Assembly (NCBI RefSeq): GCF_001194135.2
Contig: NC_068990.1
Location: 48,885,286-48,940,022 of the forward strand
Reading direction: 5' to 3'
DNA length: 54,737 bases
DNA from: Octopus bimaculoides
Taxonomy: Eukaryota
Positions 11,101-24,600 of the stretch are shown here, in pieces (the stretch's first letter is position 1; every line of letters begins with the position of its first letter). Under the pieces are notes generated by a model that saw nothing but the letters and a program-made list of their open reading frames with translations, was not told the origin of the DNA and made no database searches. Both the position numbers and the translations under genes were made by a program.

Positions 11101-12164
11101 AAACACTTCATCATCCAATGTTTTCTTTTTTCAGATGGAAGTGTGGTTCTGTTTCTAGCAAGCTGAGTGACCATGTAGGGATTTCTTTGTTGGTTCATAC
11201 CTTTTTTAGTATACAGCTTAAATTGTGAAATTCCTATGAATTATCTGTGATAAATTAAAGACTTTGTAGTAATTCTGTGTTTTCAAATTGATCCTTTGAG
11301 GACAAATTGCAGATCTATTAATAAGTTGTTTAGAAAAAATTCATATTTGAAGACACAAATCCCCCAAACACGTTAGAATCACTCTGTCTTTTAGCTGATT
11401 TGGCAATTACATTCTCCAGGGGAGAGAAAGTCAAAAATAATCCAGGTAAGATTTGTGAAAACCTCTTAGAAGAAAGTACCAATTCTAAAGTTCTTACTCC
11501 AATCTAATCATTGAAAAGTAATATAAATTTCTATCTGACAGAATTGATAGTGTTGTGGTATTTGTTCCATCTCTTTACATTCTAAGTTCAAATCCTGCCA
11601 AGATCAATTTGGGACTATTAACAAAATAATGTAGTAGTCTAATACTGGGGTTGATTTAAGTGACTAACACTTCTCCCAAATTTCTGGCTTTCAACCTACA
11701 TGTTACAGCTTTTTTTCTATTACATATAACAGTCATACTGATTTCTTAATTAGACACAAAGCCTCAAATCTGAGGACAGGATAAACTCAATTAAACTGAC
11801 CCCTATACTTGAGCAGTATTTTATTTTATCAACTCTGGAAGGACAAAAGGTAAAATCAACCTGTGTTATTTAAGTTCATGGCTGTAACTATGTTCTGCAA
11901 GACATTTTTTACTGTAGGCCTTACCAATTCTGCATACTTAATATCTTACATCAGGAAACTAATGTTAAAAACACACAATTCAGCTGGTAACTTGACAACA
12001 TTCATTTTTCTTTTGGTGGTGGAGTGAGGGTTTACTGGATACTAAAGCTAATAATACATCAATACTTTCAATTTTCTTTTTGCATTAAACAACTTTCAAA
12101 GAATTTTGTCATAAGTTACCCTGCTACAAAAGTGAAGATAAAAATCATGTCAAAGAAGAAATAG

Positions 12165-12542
12165 ATGTGTTACACCAATGCCAGAATGGGACGACACTGC
12201 ATAGTGCCAAAGATCCCAGCAATGCCATTGCGCTTCAGGACCAGTTACTGCAACAGTTTGGGTTTCAGGGGCCCACAGCTTTTTAATACTCTTCCAAAGA
12301 GCCTGAGGAGCCTGCACAAAGTAGATGTAGGCGTTTTTAAATCAAAGCTGGATCTCTTCCCGTTGAGAGTCCCAGATGAACCTACCTCACGGCAAGAGGT
12401 GCAAATGAGGGTAGCTACATCAAACTCCATTCTTCACTAAGTGCCACATATTGGAGGAGGCTCTCAGTAATAAAAGTGTAGCAAAACAGTGGTGCATCAG
12501 CATGGCCGCAGCTCTCAGCTGAAACTATAGAAAAAAAAAAAC
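12165..12542 (+). mobile_element. LINE 3' end (CR1/L2-group-like) with A-rich tail
   Basis: ORF end FRGPQLFNTLPKSLR..VFKSKLDLF...VPDEP...ATSNSILH*, then GGTGCATCAGCATGGCCGCAGCTCTCAGCTGAAAC and A run. Confidence 0.65.
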
Positions 12543-12623
12543 TACAAATGGCAACTGATATTGGAAACTACATATTAGTTATTACAATACCTTCATTTGT
12601 TTTCTTACCTCTGTAGCCTTACG

Positions 12624-12689
12624 TCATTGCTGAACTTTCTTCTTTTTAATCATGCTTACCAAATATTTGAATCGTAAAATGCAGTCCTC
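12624..12689 (-). CDS. DNAJC1: DNAJC1 last coding exon ([21 protein letters not shown])
   Basis: TTATTACAG acceptor, phase 0, TGA at 12626-12624. Confidence 0.9.
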   Translation of the reverse strand, partial: EDCILRFKYLVSMIKKKKVQQ

Positions 12690-15600
12690 CTGTAATAAAT
12701 AGTAACAAATATACATATACCAGCTTATACTGCAGTCTTGAACAGTAACAAAATTTCATTTATTTGAGAAGGAAAACTGCTTCATACCTTAGATTTTGAA
12801 GGGATATTTTCAGCAATTTTTTCCCATCTTAACTCAGTACCTTTTGGATATAACCGCAACATCTTTTCAAAAGTCATCTGATTAGCCTGAGACCAGAAAT
12901 CTTGACTGTCTCTTGAAATTTCATCAGTTATTTTGATATGGGAACTATGACTGCTACTATTACTTCTATCAGTAGTTGATAGAGATTCTGATGGTACACT
13001 GTTTGTCTGGGCCTTTTCAGACTCAACTGTTTCAATTGAACCAATATTTTGTGCTACAGTTTTAATATTGCTTTTTTTCTTTTGATTAGATGAGAGTCCT
13101 TTCTCTCCAATGGGTGTTTGAGAACCATACATTGTATCTAAAAATACTTCTGAATTCATTTTAGTAGATATAATGTTGTCATCAACAAAGTTCGATTTTG
13201 TTGTTGGTTTAACATTTACACTATCTGAAAAAAAAAATATGAAAAAAAATAAGAAAAATGAATTTTTAAACAAAGGTTTATAAGAAAGAGAAATTAGACG
13301 AAACTGGAATGTCAGAACAATGTCAATGATGGTTATAAAAAAGATTGAAAATAAGGTTAATTTTATAAGGGTGACAATATTTATTGCCATATTCAAGGAG
13401 AGGCACTGCCCATAATCTTAACTTGGTAGAAAGGGCTCTTGATTCAGAATGGTGGTGATGAGTAATATTGGTGCAGTTAATATGGACTCAAACAGATGGA
13501 GGTTAGTGTAAAACAAGTATATTTGAAATAGAAAGAAGTACCATGACATAGTAAGGTATAGAACAGAAAACTTTGAATGATAATTGAGGTAGGTGTTTAG
13601 AGAGAGAAATTGAGTGCAGATGGTGAAATGTACAGACATGTATGAAATGAATAAATTCAAATAGAAGCCAAATGCATACAGCAAGTTCAAGAAATATGAA
13701 ACCACTACTATAGTAAACTGAAAAGGGAAGAGAAAGGGCCAATGTATGAAAGTTTCCAGTTTAGGAAAAAAAGTTAATACATTAATCCAAACCACCCATA
13801 GCTGTCATTCACAAGCAAGTATAACTTTACAGCATGTACCTTGTTTTCGTTGTTTTGGATGTCTACAGAGTTGCAAGCTGGCATAGACACACTCTCAGCC
13901 CTCTAACCTTTGATTCAGTGAAACAAGTAACAAATGAACACAGTGAGAGTTGTACTAGTACTGGGTGGTATTCATTTTCAGCTGTGTAGAGTGGAACAAC
14001 ATAAAGTAAAATGCCTTGCTCAAGAATACAATGCACCAGCCAGTCCAGGAATTGAACACACAACCATATGCTTCTGAATACAACACACAAACCACTAGAC
14101 CACATGCCTATTTAAAAAGAGAAAAACAACTGACCTTGTAAGCCTGATATAGAATTTGCTAGAATGTTTTTCTTGTTGCTTTTTGATTTACTTATAACCT
14201 GTAATTCAAAAATGAATGCTGATATCAGTAGTAATATTTTTTTATAATTTAGCTTATATTTTCAAAAAATACAGAACTTCTTTACATTCTTGGATACATA
14301 AACAGTACTTGAAAGAAAGACATCTTTTAGTTTGTTCCTCTGTACTCTTAGACATACTTCATTTCATGCTTGAGACAAAGCTTATTACCCTACTTGCTTC
14401 AGTCTGAAAACAGACTTCATTAACTGTAAGAAGCACATTTTATGGAAATGGAAATGTCCAATTTTGGAAAGAGTACCTGAAATTATTCTAGTGTAAAAAT
14501 AAGGATAGATGAAAAATACTATTAAAAAAATTGATAAAATAGCAACTTCATTTTCTTGCTTTTTTTATATTGCTCAGAGCTCTATAGAGGATGATGAAAA
14601 TAACTGTACCTTCCTGTATCAAGTCCTAAAGCGTGTGTGTGTGTGTGTGTGTGTGTACACATAGATACGTAAACATATAAATATGCACTAAACAATGAAA
14701 AACTAAATTTAAATGCCAAATTAAATTGCTGAATATTTAGAATCTAAACATTAGATGAGTAACATAAAAATAACAGGAAAAGAAAATAGAGAACATGATA
14801 TTCAAAAATAACGCTATATTTAGTAAAATAAAACCAAATGGTCATTATAAACTATGTTCTAAATAATAAATATTTTTGATTACATTTAATGTCCTTCTTA
14901 TTCGAGGAGGAAGATAAAGTCAATTGAATTCAGCAACATAAAACTGCACACAAGTGGATATATAACTATTTTAATGTCATCTACACCACACACACTGCAA
15001 ATGATACATTTATTAAAAAACATACTTTTAAAATATAGAAGTTATTTTGGAACACCCTTGCCTTCTTTATTATAAATAATTATACATATAACAATAATTA
15101 GAATGTTACCTCTGAAACAGGTCGAGCCACCATCTCAGCTACTTTTTCCCACCGACCAGTAGTTCCTCCAGGGTATCTTGCAATAGCTCTGGCCAGCAAA
15201 GCGTAATCTTCTTCATTCCATTCAACACCAGACTATATTTATATGTAAATAAAGAAAAACTAGTTATTTCTACTGTGAGAGCTAGTTTTTTTCATGAACA
15301 TGTGATATAAAAGTTATCTTGGAACACTGACTAACTAAAATATAGATAAATAATCAAAAGCACAAGGATTAAAACTTATTCATAAAGTAATAATAAATAT
15401 ATATATTTTAAGTTTAAAAATAAAACAGAAACAGCCAAATCTGACTTTGACACCAACTTTTTTTCTTAGTCATCATCCGTCCTAGGACATAATTATCTCA
15501 AGTTCCAGGAGCCAAAGGGCTACCCAGTTTTCATGTTGTTTAAATGGCTAAGCTCATGACATTCCTATTAAACAGAATGTCGGTCTGTCAGGGTTAATTA

Positions 15601-18600
15601 TTTACAGCTGAGCGGACTGGAACAATGTGAAATGAAGTGTTTTGCTCAAGAACACAAAGCACTGCCCAATCTAGGAATTGAAACTATAATCCTACATCAT
15701 GAGTGCAACACCCTAACCACTAAACAACACGCATTCACATTTTTTCCCCCAAATCTTTATTTAAATATCATAAACCAGCAAGACAAAAATAACAGTTATT
15801 TATAAATAAAGTATCAAATGTACTTCTATCATAATATAATTTTCTAAAAAGAAATCATTGTATTTTGGTAACTGAAAATGTTAAATACTCCTTTACAGCT
15901 GAAGAGAACATGTATTTTATTGCTTTCATGTTGACCTAAAATTAAGTCAATGCAAACTCTAATATTCACAAAATATAAAAGTCACATGTGATATTCAACC
16001 AAAATGTTTTTAGTGAAATGGCAAAAAAACAGACATCCAGCTGTTGAATACTGCTTCATGCTAACCCAGCATGGAAAAAGTGAATTTAAAAACAATGATG
16101 ATGATGATGATGATGACAATGATGAATAATTTATTTACCTTTATTTTTTGTTCAGGCTTTGAATCAAGAGTGATGTCAATGGAAGGAGTATATGCTACAG
16201 CAGCTGTAGATGCAAACGTCTCAGCAGAATATTCTGGAAGTTCAATCCTTTGACGTTTTTTGACTTTCTTTACTGGTTCTACAATGTACAAAGGAAAAGA
16301 GCAAAATTTCAGAAGCTGAATGAAACTACAAATGCAATTTGCAAACCAAACCAGCAACTTTAGCAGAGCTATCTTGATCCACTGTAACACTTCTTCCTTT
16401 TTGTATTACTTCCAATATTAATACAAACTGCAATTATATTTCTTGGAAGATAATGACCTACTCTGTAATTTCTACAAATCCTACTTTTGAAGATGGGGAG
16501 AGCAGAAGCTGAATTAAAAAACCTGAGTTTGCTATTTCAATGAAATCTCAAACTCTTTTCTTATTAACTCACCTGAAATTGACCCTAGGTTCCACAATAC
16601 ACGCTTCCTGTTTGAAGTGATCAAAACCAAAACCTCCCATCAAAATTTCATGTTAATCTCGGTTCCAAACATCAGCTCAATAATGAAAAAGTTATTTTAC
16701 AAAAGCCTTCATTATTTCAAAAGTTAATTGAAATAGTGTATTTCAGAAATATGGTAACAAAAAGATTAATGATGACTTGCAACCATGTGATTCCATTGCA
16801 CAACCCTTGGGTAAGAGTCACTGACCAAAGACAGAAACTGTATGAAGACACATCTTTTATTATTATCATCAATTGTTTTGAAGTCCATTTTTCCATGCTT
16901 GCATGGGTTGGACAGAATTTGTTGAGGTAGATTTTCCTTTGTTGGATGTCCTTCCTATAACCAACCCTAACCTGTTTCCAAGTAAGGTAACATTTCTCCA
17001 TGACCAGGCATGTTTTCATGGAAGTTTGGTAACTAAGGACACTGCTTGCATAACAGTGACAACACTTGTTTACAACTATCACACAATGACAGAGCAGGGA
17101 GACAGTAGCACACGCACGCATGCACACACACACATATAAAATCATTCTTTTAATTTCAGTCTATCAAATCTTTCTACAAGGCTTAGGTTAGCCTGGGGCC
17201 ATAGTAGAAGACACTTGCCTAAAGTGCTACACAGTAGGACTGAACCGAGAACCATGTGGTCAGGAAGCAAAAAACTTCTTACCACATAGTCATGCCTGCA
17301 CTTCACAGCCATGTCTGCACCTCATAACCATCTACACATTTTACAACTGAGATTGTTGCTGTTGTCTGCACTGTTTGACCCTAGATCAGCCTTAATCGAG
17401 TAGACTTTTGATCATTTCAGCTGTGAACATCACACTGTCTTTTTGTATACCACTGACTATTCAGTGTTTTTATATACCACTGATATTCAGTGTGACCTAT
17501 TTTAAGAATGAAGTATGTGGTTTGAAGAAAATCTAACAGTTATTTTTAGCAAATTAAGAAACTACATAGAAGATTTCTTTGCTTGTAAAGCAGTTTTTCT
17601 GGAATGGTTCACCAGAAGTCCTGTTCACTTCTGTTTTCTTATAATCTCAGTAAACTAAGTGGGATATAGTATCATTGGTATGTTTTTGTTTACATCAAAA
17701 GCAAAAAAAAAAAAAAAGGAAATCACTATGAATGCTCTAAAATAATTACACATGAATGTAACATTGTGTACACAATATCTCCTGATAATTATATACTATC
17801 TTACAATATAAGTAATAAAGTGGAATATGATTGAAAATCTGTATTTTGAATAACAATATTAAATCTGTAATGGACTGTGTTAAAAGACACTACAGTCAGT
17901 GAATTGTAAAATTTCTTGAACTCTAAATGAAACTATGAGAACACAAACCTTGAACAGGGGGGTTTTCTTCTTCCACTTCAACTTCTTTACATCTCTCTCT
18001 CCAAGATATGAGATATTGTCTAAGTAGACAGTAGTAGAGAGGAATATTGAGGGTATTTGTATACAGCCAGCAAGTCAGACGTAGTGGCCACAAATCAATT
18101 AATTGGGGGCGATTAATGGCATTCAACTCCTCTTTAAATTCAGCTTCAATCTCATTTTCACACATTGCTGCTTTCTTCCGGCTTTTCTTCTCAGATTTCT
18201 TCAACTTGCTTGCATAGTTTTCTTCCTAAGACCATTGACACAAATTAGATAAAAAACATCAGAAGTTTTGCAAAGATTAAAATGATATAAGTAAAAAGTA
18301 ATTATCTTAAGTTATTTTTTTACTGTAGTTAACAATAACTAAATAAACAAATTTATATATTTCTGCAAATAAATTATTGTAGAACAGGACATTCTTCCAA
18401 ATACAAATAATTTAACATTGATGGACCTTCCCAATAATTCAGTGTCATGCCATTAGCAGGATTTGAACTCTTATCACTAACTCTGCTTACAAAATTTATA
18501 AAACTTTCTTGTTAGAGGAAACTGATTTAGAGGAGTGTAACAAGGAATTTTCTCAAGTCATCACATTTAGAAGAATTAGAAATTTTAAACAACTGATCTA

Positions 18601-21600
18601 TCTAAACTCCTTCAACTCTACTTTTATATAAAATTATCGCAACTATTTTTAAAAGATACATGGAGAACTGGATAATTAAGAAGTGGAACTGCTAATTCTA
18701 CTTTAATGCATGCAAAAATACAGAAAAAAGAAATGGAGCATTACGTTTTTATATTTCTGATATTAATTAGTGTGTGATGTGTACATTTATTTAATGGTTC
18801 TTTCATCATTCTTTCAACAAATACAGTGAAGAATGTATTTTGCTGATGAAGGCATAAGACTAAAACCTATCTGGAGTTGTTCCCCATATCAAAATAATTT
18901 AATATTAGTTATTGACAAATATTCTTTCTAAGGTTCCCAGAACATTGACCCTCTAGAATTCCTGCCCTGCTCATGTCTTTCTGTTGTGTGTTGACTTACA
19001 AAGGTTCAAGAGGAACATTAAGGGCTTCAGTTTCATAAGTTTAAGAAGGCCTGCAAAGACAATGGACATTATCCCTTCCTCTTGACCCAACAAGTTACAG
19101 AAAAATGGTTACAAGAATAAAGGAGGTGCACTAGAGAGAGGAAACAACAAATGCATTAAATTGATTGACCAGGTTATGAAAATTACTGAAAAAGTTTGAT
19201 ATGCAATTTGGTTTTGTACCAGAATGCAGTAGTACTGATATTATTTTCCTTAGCTAGGAGTAAGCCACTCCAGCTAACATTTCATGAGCTCAGAGTATCA
19301 CACTCTATAATCTGGTGGTCATTAAAGAAACCAGTATGTAAATGGAAAGGCATGAACAGAGGTGCAGTCAGTAAAGTAAGCATTAACAATGAGTATAGCA
19401 GCAATTTTAATGGCACAAGTAGGGATATACCAAGACTCAGTTTTCATCCTTCTCCTGTTTATTAAGTAGTCCAGGCCATAACAAAGATGTTTAAGATTGG
19501 TTGCCCACAGAAACGTTTGTATTTTGATAATTTAGCCTTCATAACTGGATCTATCACAGATTTAGAGAAGAAATTCCTAATTTAGAAATAAAACCTAGAA
19601 TTGAGAGGCCCCAAAGTAAACCTTAGTAAAGTTTAAGTTGGCAGGAAAGCATTGGGGAAGTGGACATTTGTTATGGTGCAACCAGAGCAAACAATGGATA
19701 CAAGAGGTGTAGTGAGATCGTATAAAGGCTGACAGAGAAGGTAGACTTTATATGTAGCAGATGTACAGTAATTACACATAAAATAAATTTCTTCCAATAC
19801 TTGGAAGGTTCTCTAGACATAGTTGATAGCTTATGTTATTGTCATTGAGGTGACCTAATTAAAACTGAAGATGGGTGTGTTTTGAAAACATAGTTGCCAG
19901 AGTAAGAACAGGGTGGAAAAAGTTCAGGGAGCTATTACCTCTGCTGGCAACAAATAGTTTCTCTCTCAAAATGAAGAGCAGATTGTATGATGCTTGTGTA
20001 CAAAGTACGATGCTGTGAGACATGGGCTTGAATGCAGAAGATATGCAAAGGCTGGAAAAAATGAAGTGAGCATGCTACAATGAATGTCAAGTGTAGGCGT
20101 GCATGAACAACAGAGTACAAATGAGCTGAAAATCTGGACATATGGAGAATCAGATGTAGTATACAAGAAAAGAGACTGTGCTGGTGCAGGTATGTGATGT
20201 GTATTGAAGGTGACAATTGTGAAAAGAAGTGCCAAGTGCTACAAGCGGACAGAACCAATGGACAAGAAAAGAGATCAAGGAAGACATGAAACAAAATGGT
20301 GAAAACTGATCTCAAGAAGCTGACCTCATGAAAGAGATGAGGAAACACCATGACAAATGAAGAAATATGCTAGAGAACATCTATCCAACCATATAAGCAT
20401 GGAAACAGTTGCAAAACTGATGATGATGATGATGATGGAGTTTGAGATATTTATATTTGAATATCATGAATATCTTACCTATTTGTTCATAACACTATCT
20501 CTCTGACATTCCATCACTTGTGAAACAACAGATAGCAAAGCACCAGATCTGTCCATATTCAACCCTATCATCCATCTCCATCATTCTATCTCTTTTCCAT
20601 TACTCTCTTTCTCTCTCTCTATCCCATGATCCAGCCATCATGTAGCTGTCTATCACTCTCTCTCCCACTAATCTCTTCTGTATCACCCTCTTGTACCAAC
20701 CACTTGGGTCCTCTTCTATTACTCTCCCTTCTTTCATACTCTCATGCTTGCTCTCTCCCATTACTCTCTTTGTTATCATTCCCTTAGTCATGCTGCTGCT
20801 GCTGCTGCTGCTCAATACACTCACCAACAACCTTCAAGCAGATCTCTTTCTCTCTCCAACCACACTCATACTCTGGTTCTTTTCCTTATATTCTCTTCTA
20901 TCACCTCCTTGCTTTTATCACACTGGTCTTTTCTCATCACCCTCTCTTCCTCTCACTCAATTATGAAGAAAGGAAACAGAAACAACACTGAGAAGAGGAG
21001 ACTACTTTCTGGAGCCTATGAAAGAGATAGTAGTGAGGAGTAAAGACTCTTCTGGTTTGCTGGGAACAAAACAACTACTTTACAACTAGTTCCACAATAA
21101 AAGTGCACTCAGTGCATTTTGTAAAGTGGTTGTTAATAGGAAGGACATCCAGTTATACAAACCAGGTCAAAAATGGAACATACAAGCAAAAGAAAACCCA
21201 TAAAACCCATGCCAGCATGCAGAAGTGTAAAGGATGATGATGATGATGATGATGATGATAGTAGTAGTGGTAGTGATGATGATGATGCTCCTAGGGTAAA
21301 TGAAATGCATGTAAAAAAAAAAAAGGAAAAGAAGCAGCTCCTGAAGGTAACTGAAGAATATACTAATTGGAATATAATATAATAAACATGCAAAAGAGGA
21401 AGTTATGGTCTGGTTGATCAGTACCATTTTAAAAAGCAAGAAATTAAAATACTTACCACAGTAAATTTCCGCTCTAAGTAAACTGACCAGATGACTAGGT
21501 ATTGGCCCACAGTCAGAATCAGGAACATTAAAACACTAAGCTCAAGGAAACCCATTTTACGAACTCGCCGATAGTAAAAGACAGGTTGTTTCCAATCAGG

Positions 21601-24600
21601 AAGTCCATTCTTGAGAACATCGTTGTACCTAAAAGTAACAAAGAAGATGTTAGAAAGGCAATTTCTTTCCCAAACATAAAAACTCTTTGTCATTAGGTAG
21701 ATGTTTTACTGATTTATATCAATGATTTTCATACAAACATGGGTGAGGAGAGTTGGGTTTTTTTTTTCCATACTGGGGCAAACAAAGTTATGTGCTTTGT
21801 TCAGTGTCGCATAGCAATGGTTAGTTTTGAACTCACAATCATAGTCAGTTGTCCAGCATCTTAACTCTTTTGATGCAAACCTGCATAAGACAACGCCTGG
21901 TTCACAATTCTGACATAATTCCTTTTTTGGCAAGGTGGATCTTGAAGCATATAAAGCTATAAATAATAGGATGTAAACAAATATTGGGTTAAAAAACCTT
22001 TTTGGCTAGAAAACGTTGAAGGCTATCCATGGGACTCAAATCCACATTTCCTGTGAACATGACAGGCATTCCACTATTGGACCAAAGCATTCCTTTGAAT
22101 TTCTCTATCCATTTAGAAACTTTATTCTTACCAGCAATAATTGTATGTTGTTGATGTCATAAGAATTTATGAACTTCAAGAGAACATCACATAATTCTTT
22201 TTTGTGAATGATGGATTCCAAAGTAGATAAATCTACAAATAATACTGTGTAAATATTGGATTAAAAAACCCTTTAGATACAAAAAGGAATGACATCAACA
22301 ACACAGATAGTCTTTTAGTGATTGTATGTAAATTAAAACCTATTTTATTAAGTTTTTCCTATTCTTGATTATTTTCACAATTAATTGTATTATATAGCAG
22401 AGCCTTGAGACTAAGTAACAGCTGAATCAACAAGAATCCAAAGCATATTCCGTTGGATTTGAAATGAGGCACAAAACTAGATAATGTAAAGCTTCTAGTT
22501 CAACTTTATCTAGATGGCAACTTGTTGTACCATCTAGAAAATAATGATAGACTTAGCTGATCACTGGATCTAGCCAACATGACAATATCAACACATGACA
22601 ATTATGTATAATATAACTCCACAAGCCCGTAATAACCAGATACTAAGCAAGTGCACACTCAATGGTTACATCACTCTGAACAATAGTGATTTTTTTGAGG
22701 CACAAATCTAATTGTTAGAGGGAGATGAGTAGTCAACTGCATTAAATACCTAGTATGTTACTGGTAGTAATGTTTATATTTATTAGGCAGTTTCAGGAGC
22801 GATGATTAACCAGGAAAAATCAGTGGGCTTGAGGCTCAGCATCTGGAGAAGCAAGCACGCTGTCCAACTGTGTTACTGGGTACTGGATGGACAGACCGGT
22901 TAAATTACTTGGGGTCTGGTTTGGTCTGGACCTCCAGATGGACAAAATCTGGAATGAGGTAACAAGCAGGGTGACTACTTTCACCCAGAAATGGGCTGAG
23001 AGAAAGCTATCCCTGAAAGGTCAGGCAGAGATGGCTAATGTGGATATCTGTGTCTGTCATCTAGTATCATATGACTGTCGTGCCTTGTCCCAGCCACCAT
23101 CTGATTACACTGGAGTGTATACTCTTCCGCTTCTTGTGGAAGGAACACATTCCGATAGTCAGACAATCTATCTGCTGTTAACACCTGCTGTAAGGTGGCC
23201 TGGGCATGCTGTGGTTGATGACACATAGACATGCACTGAGGCTACAACATCTCCAGTGCTTCCTTGACAGTGAACAGGTGTGGTTGTTGTTCGCCAGACA
23301 TGTATTTCCACAGATAGTTTCTTTAACAGAGCTGCAGTCCTGGGTAAAACAGACCGAGGGAGTGCATTTGGAAAGTGGAGTATCTTCAAGCGCTCACAGC
23401 CCTCAGCCAATCAGACACTGCAATAGGCAGAACATCCACTTTAACTTTTTATAGAGGATTAGTGGAGGGAAAATGCAACAATGTTCTTGGGAAGACCTTG
23501 GGTGTCGAAGATCAGCTAGCCACTCTTTTCTGGAGAACTTTTGACCTGGGACCGATAAATAATTTCCAAAAATCTCTGGCCTGGCAGTGCGACCAGGGAG
23601 CTTTGCCTGTTTGAGATAAACTTTACAAGCACAGAAGTGCTGTCAGCTGAGCATGTCCAAGATGGTCCTGCATGCACTCGTCCAGTGCCCAAGCACTGGT
23701 GACCTGTGGGTTTATGTCAAACAACTGCTGTCGTGTGTAGGACAGATCCAGCTGTCAACTAAATCCATTGTGAAGATCGCCCTGCCACCTTACTTTAACC
23801 AGGAAAGAAAGGCTGTGCTTATATGCCTGGCGGCCATTGTGAAAGAGGTTGTATGGTGGATGAGATTGAAGGGACTGAAGACAAACACTTTTCTCTTTGG
23901 CCAATCCCTAATCAACTTCAAGTTTCACTTGAAAAAGAAAATAAGGGTAGAGAGGGAAGTGTTGCCTTCTAGCCAGTTTGCTGAAAGGTGGATGAAAGTG
24001 GCGAGAATGGTGCGGATGAACAGGCCTGCCCTGAGCATATGCCTGTGGTTGGAAAAAAAGGAAAGGAAAAAAGGCACCTGCTCCAAAAGTCAGGGTACCC
24101 ATGGTTTTTATGGGATTTTTTCCATCGGCAGCCCTTGAATGTTTCCTCCCTATTGAGGATTATACACTGTTGTTTTTCTTTTTTAAATTTTGTTAGTCCT
24201 GTTTACATGCACAACATACACACACACACATTCTTTTGTTTTGTCCGGTACTGTCCATGTTTTTCTAAATGTAAACCTTTATGGTTAATAAAGAAATTAT
24301 TATTATTATAATTATTCAAATTCCACTGAAGTCAACTTTGCCTTTTGTCCCTTTTGGGACTGACCATTTCTTTTGGCTCTTTATATTCTAAGTTCACATT
24401 CCACTGAGGTCAACTTTACCTTTTCTTCTGTCAGGGTTGATAAAATAAGTACTGGTTGAGTACTAAGTGGATGTAATCAACTAGACCCAACCTCAAAACT
24501 TCAGGCTTTGTGCCTTTAGTAGAAAGGATTATTATTATTATCCTTGACATATTACTGAAGAAAGCTCTTTAGATTTGCCTGCACCATACTCCAAGTATCC

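Noticed and set aside
20520-20960. CT-rich tract with several hydrophobic or Ser-rich ORFs
   Set aside because: Low-complexity intronic DNA with no consistent frame or splice support.
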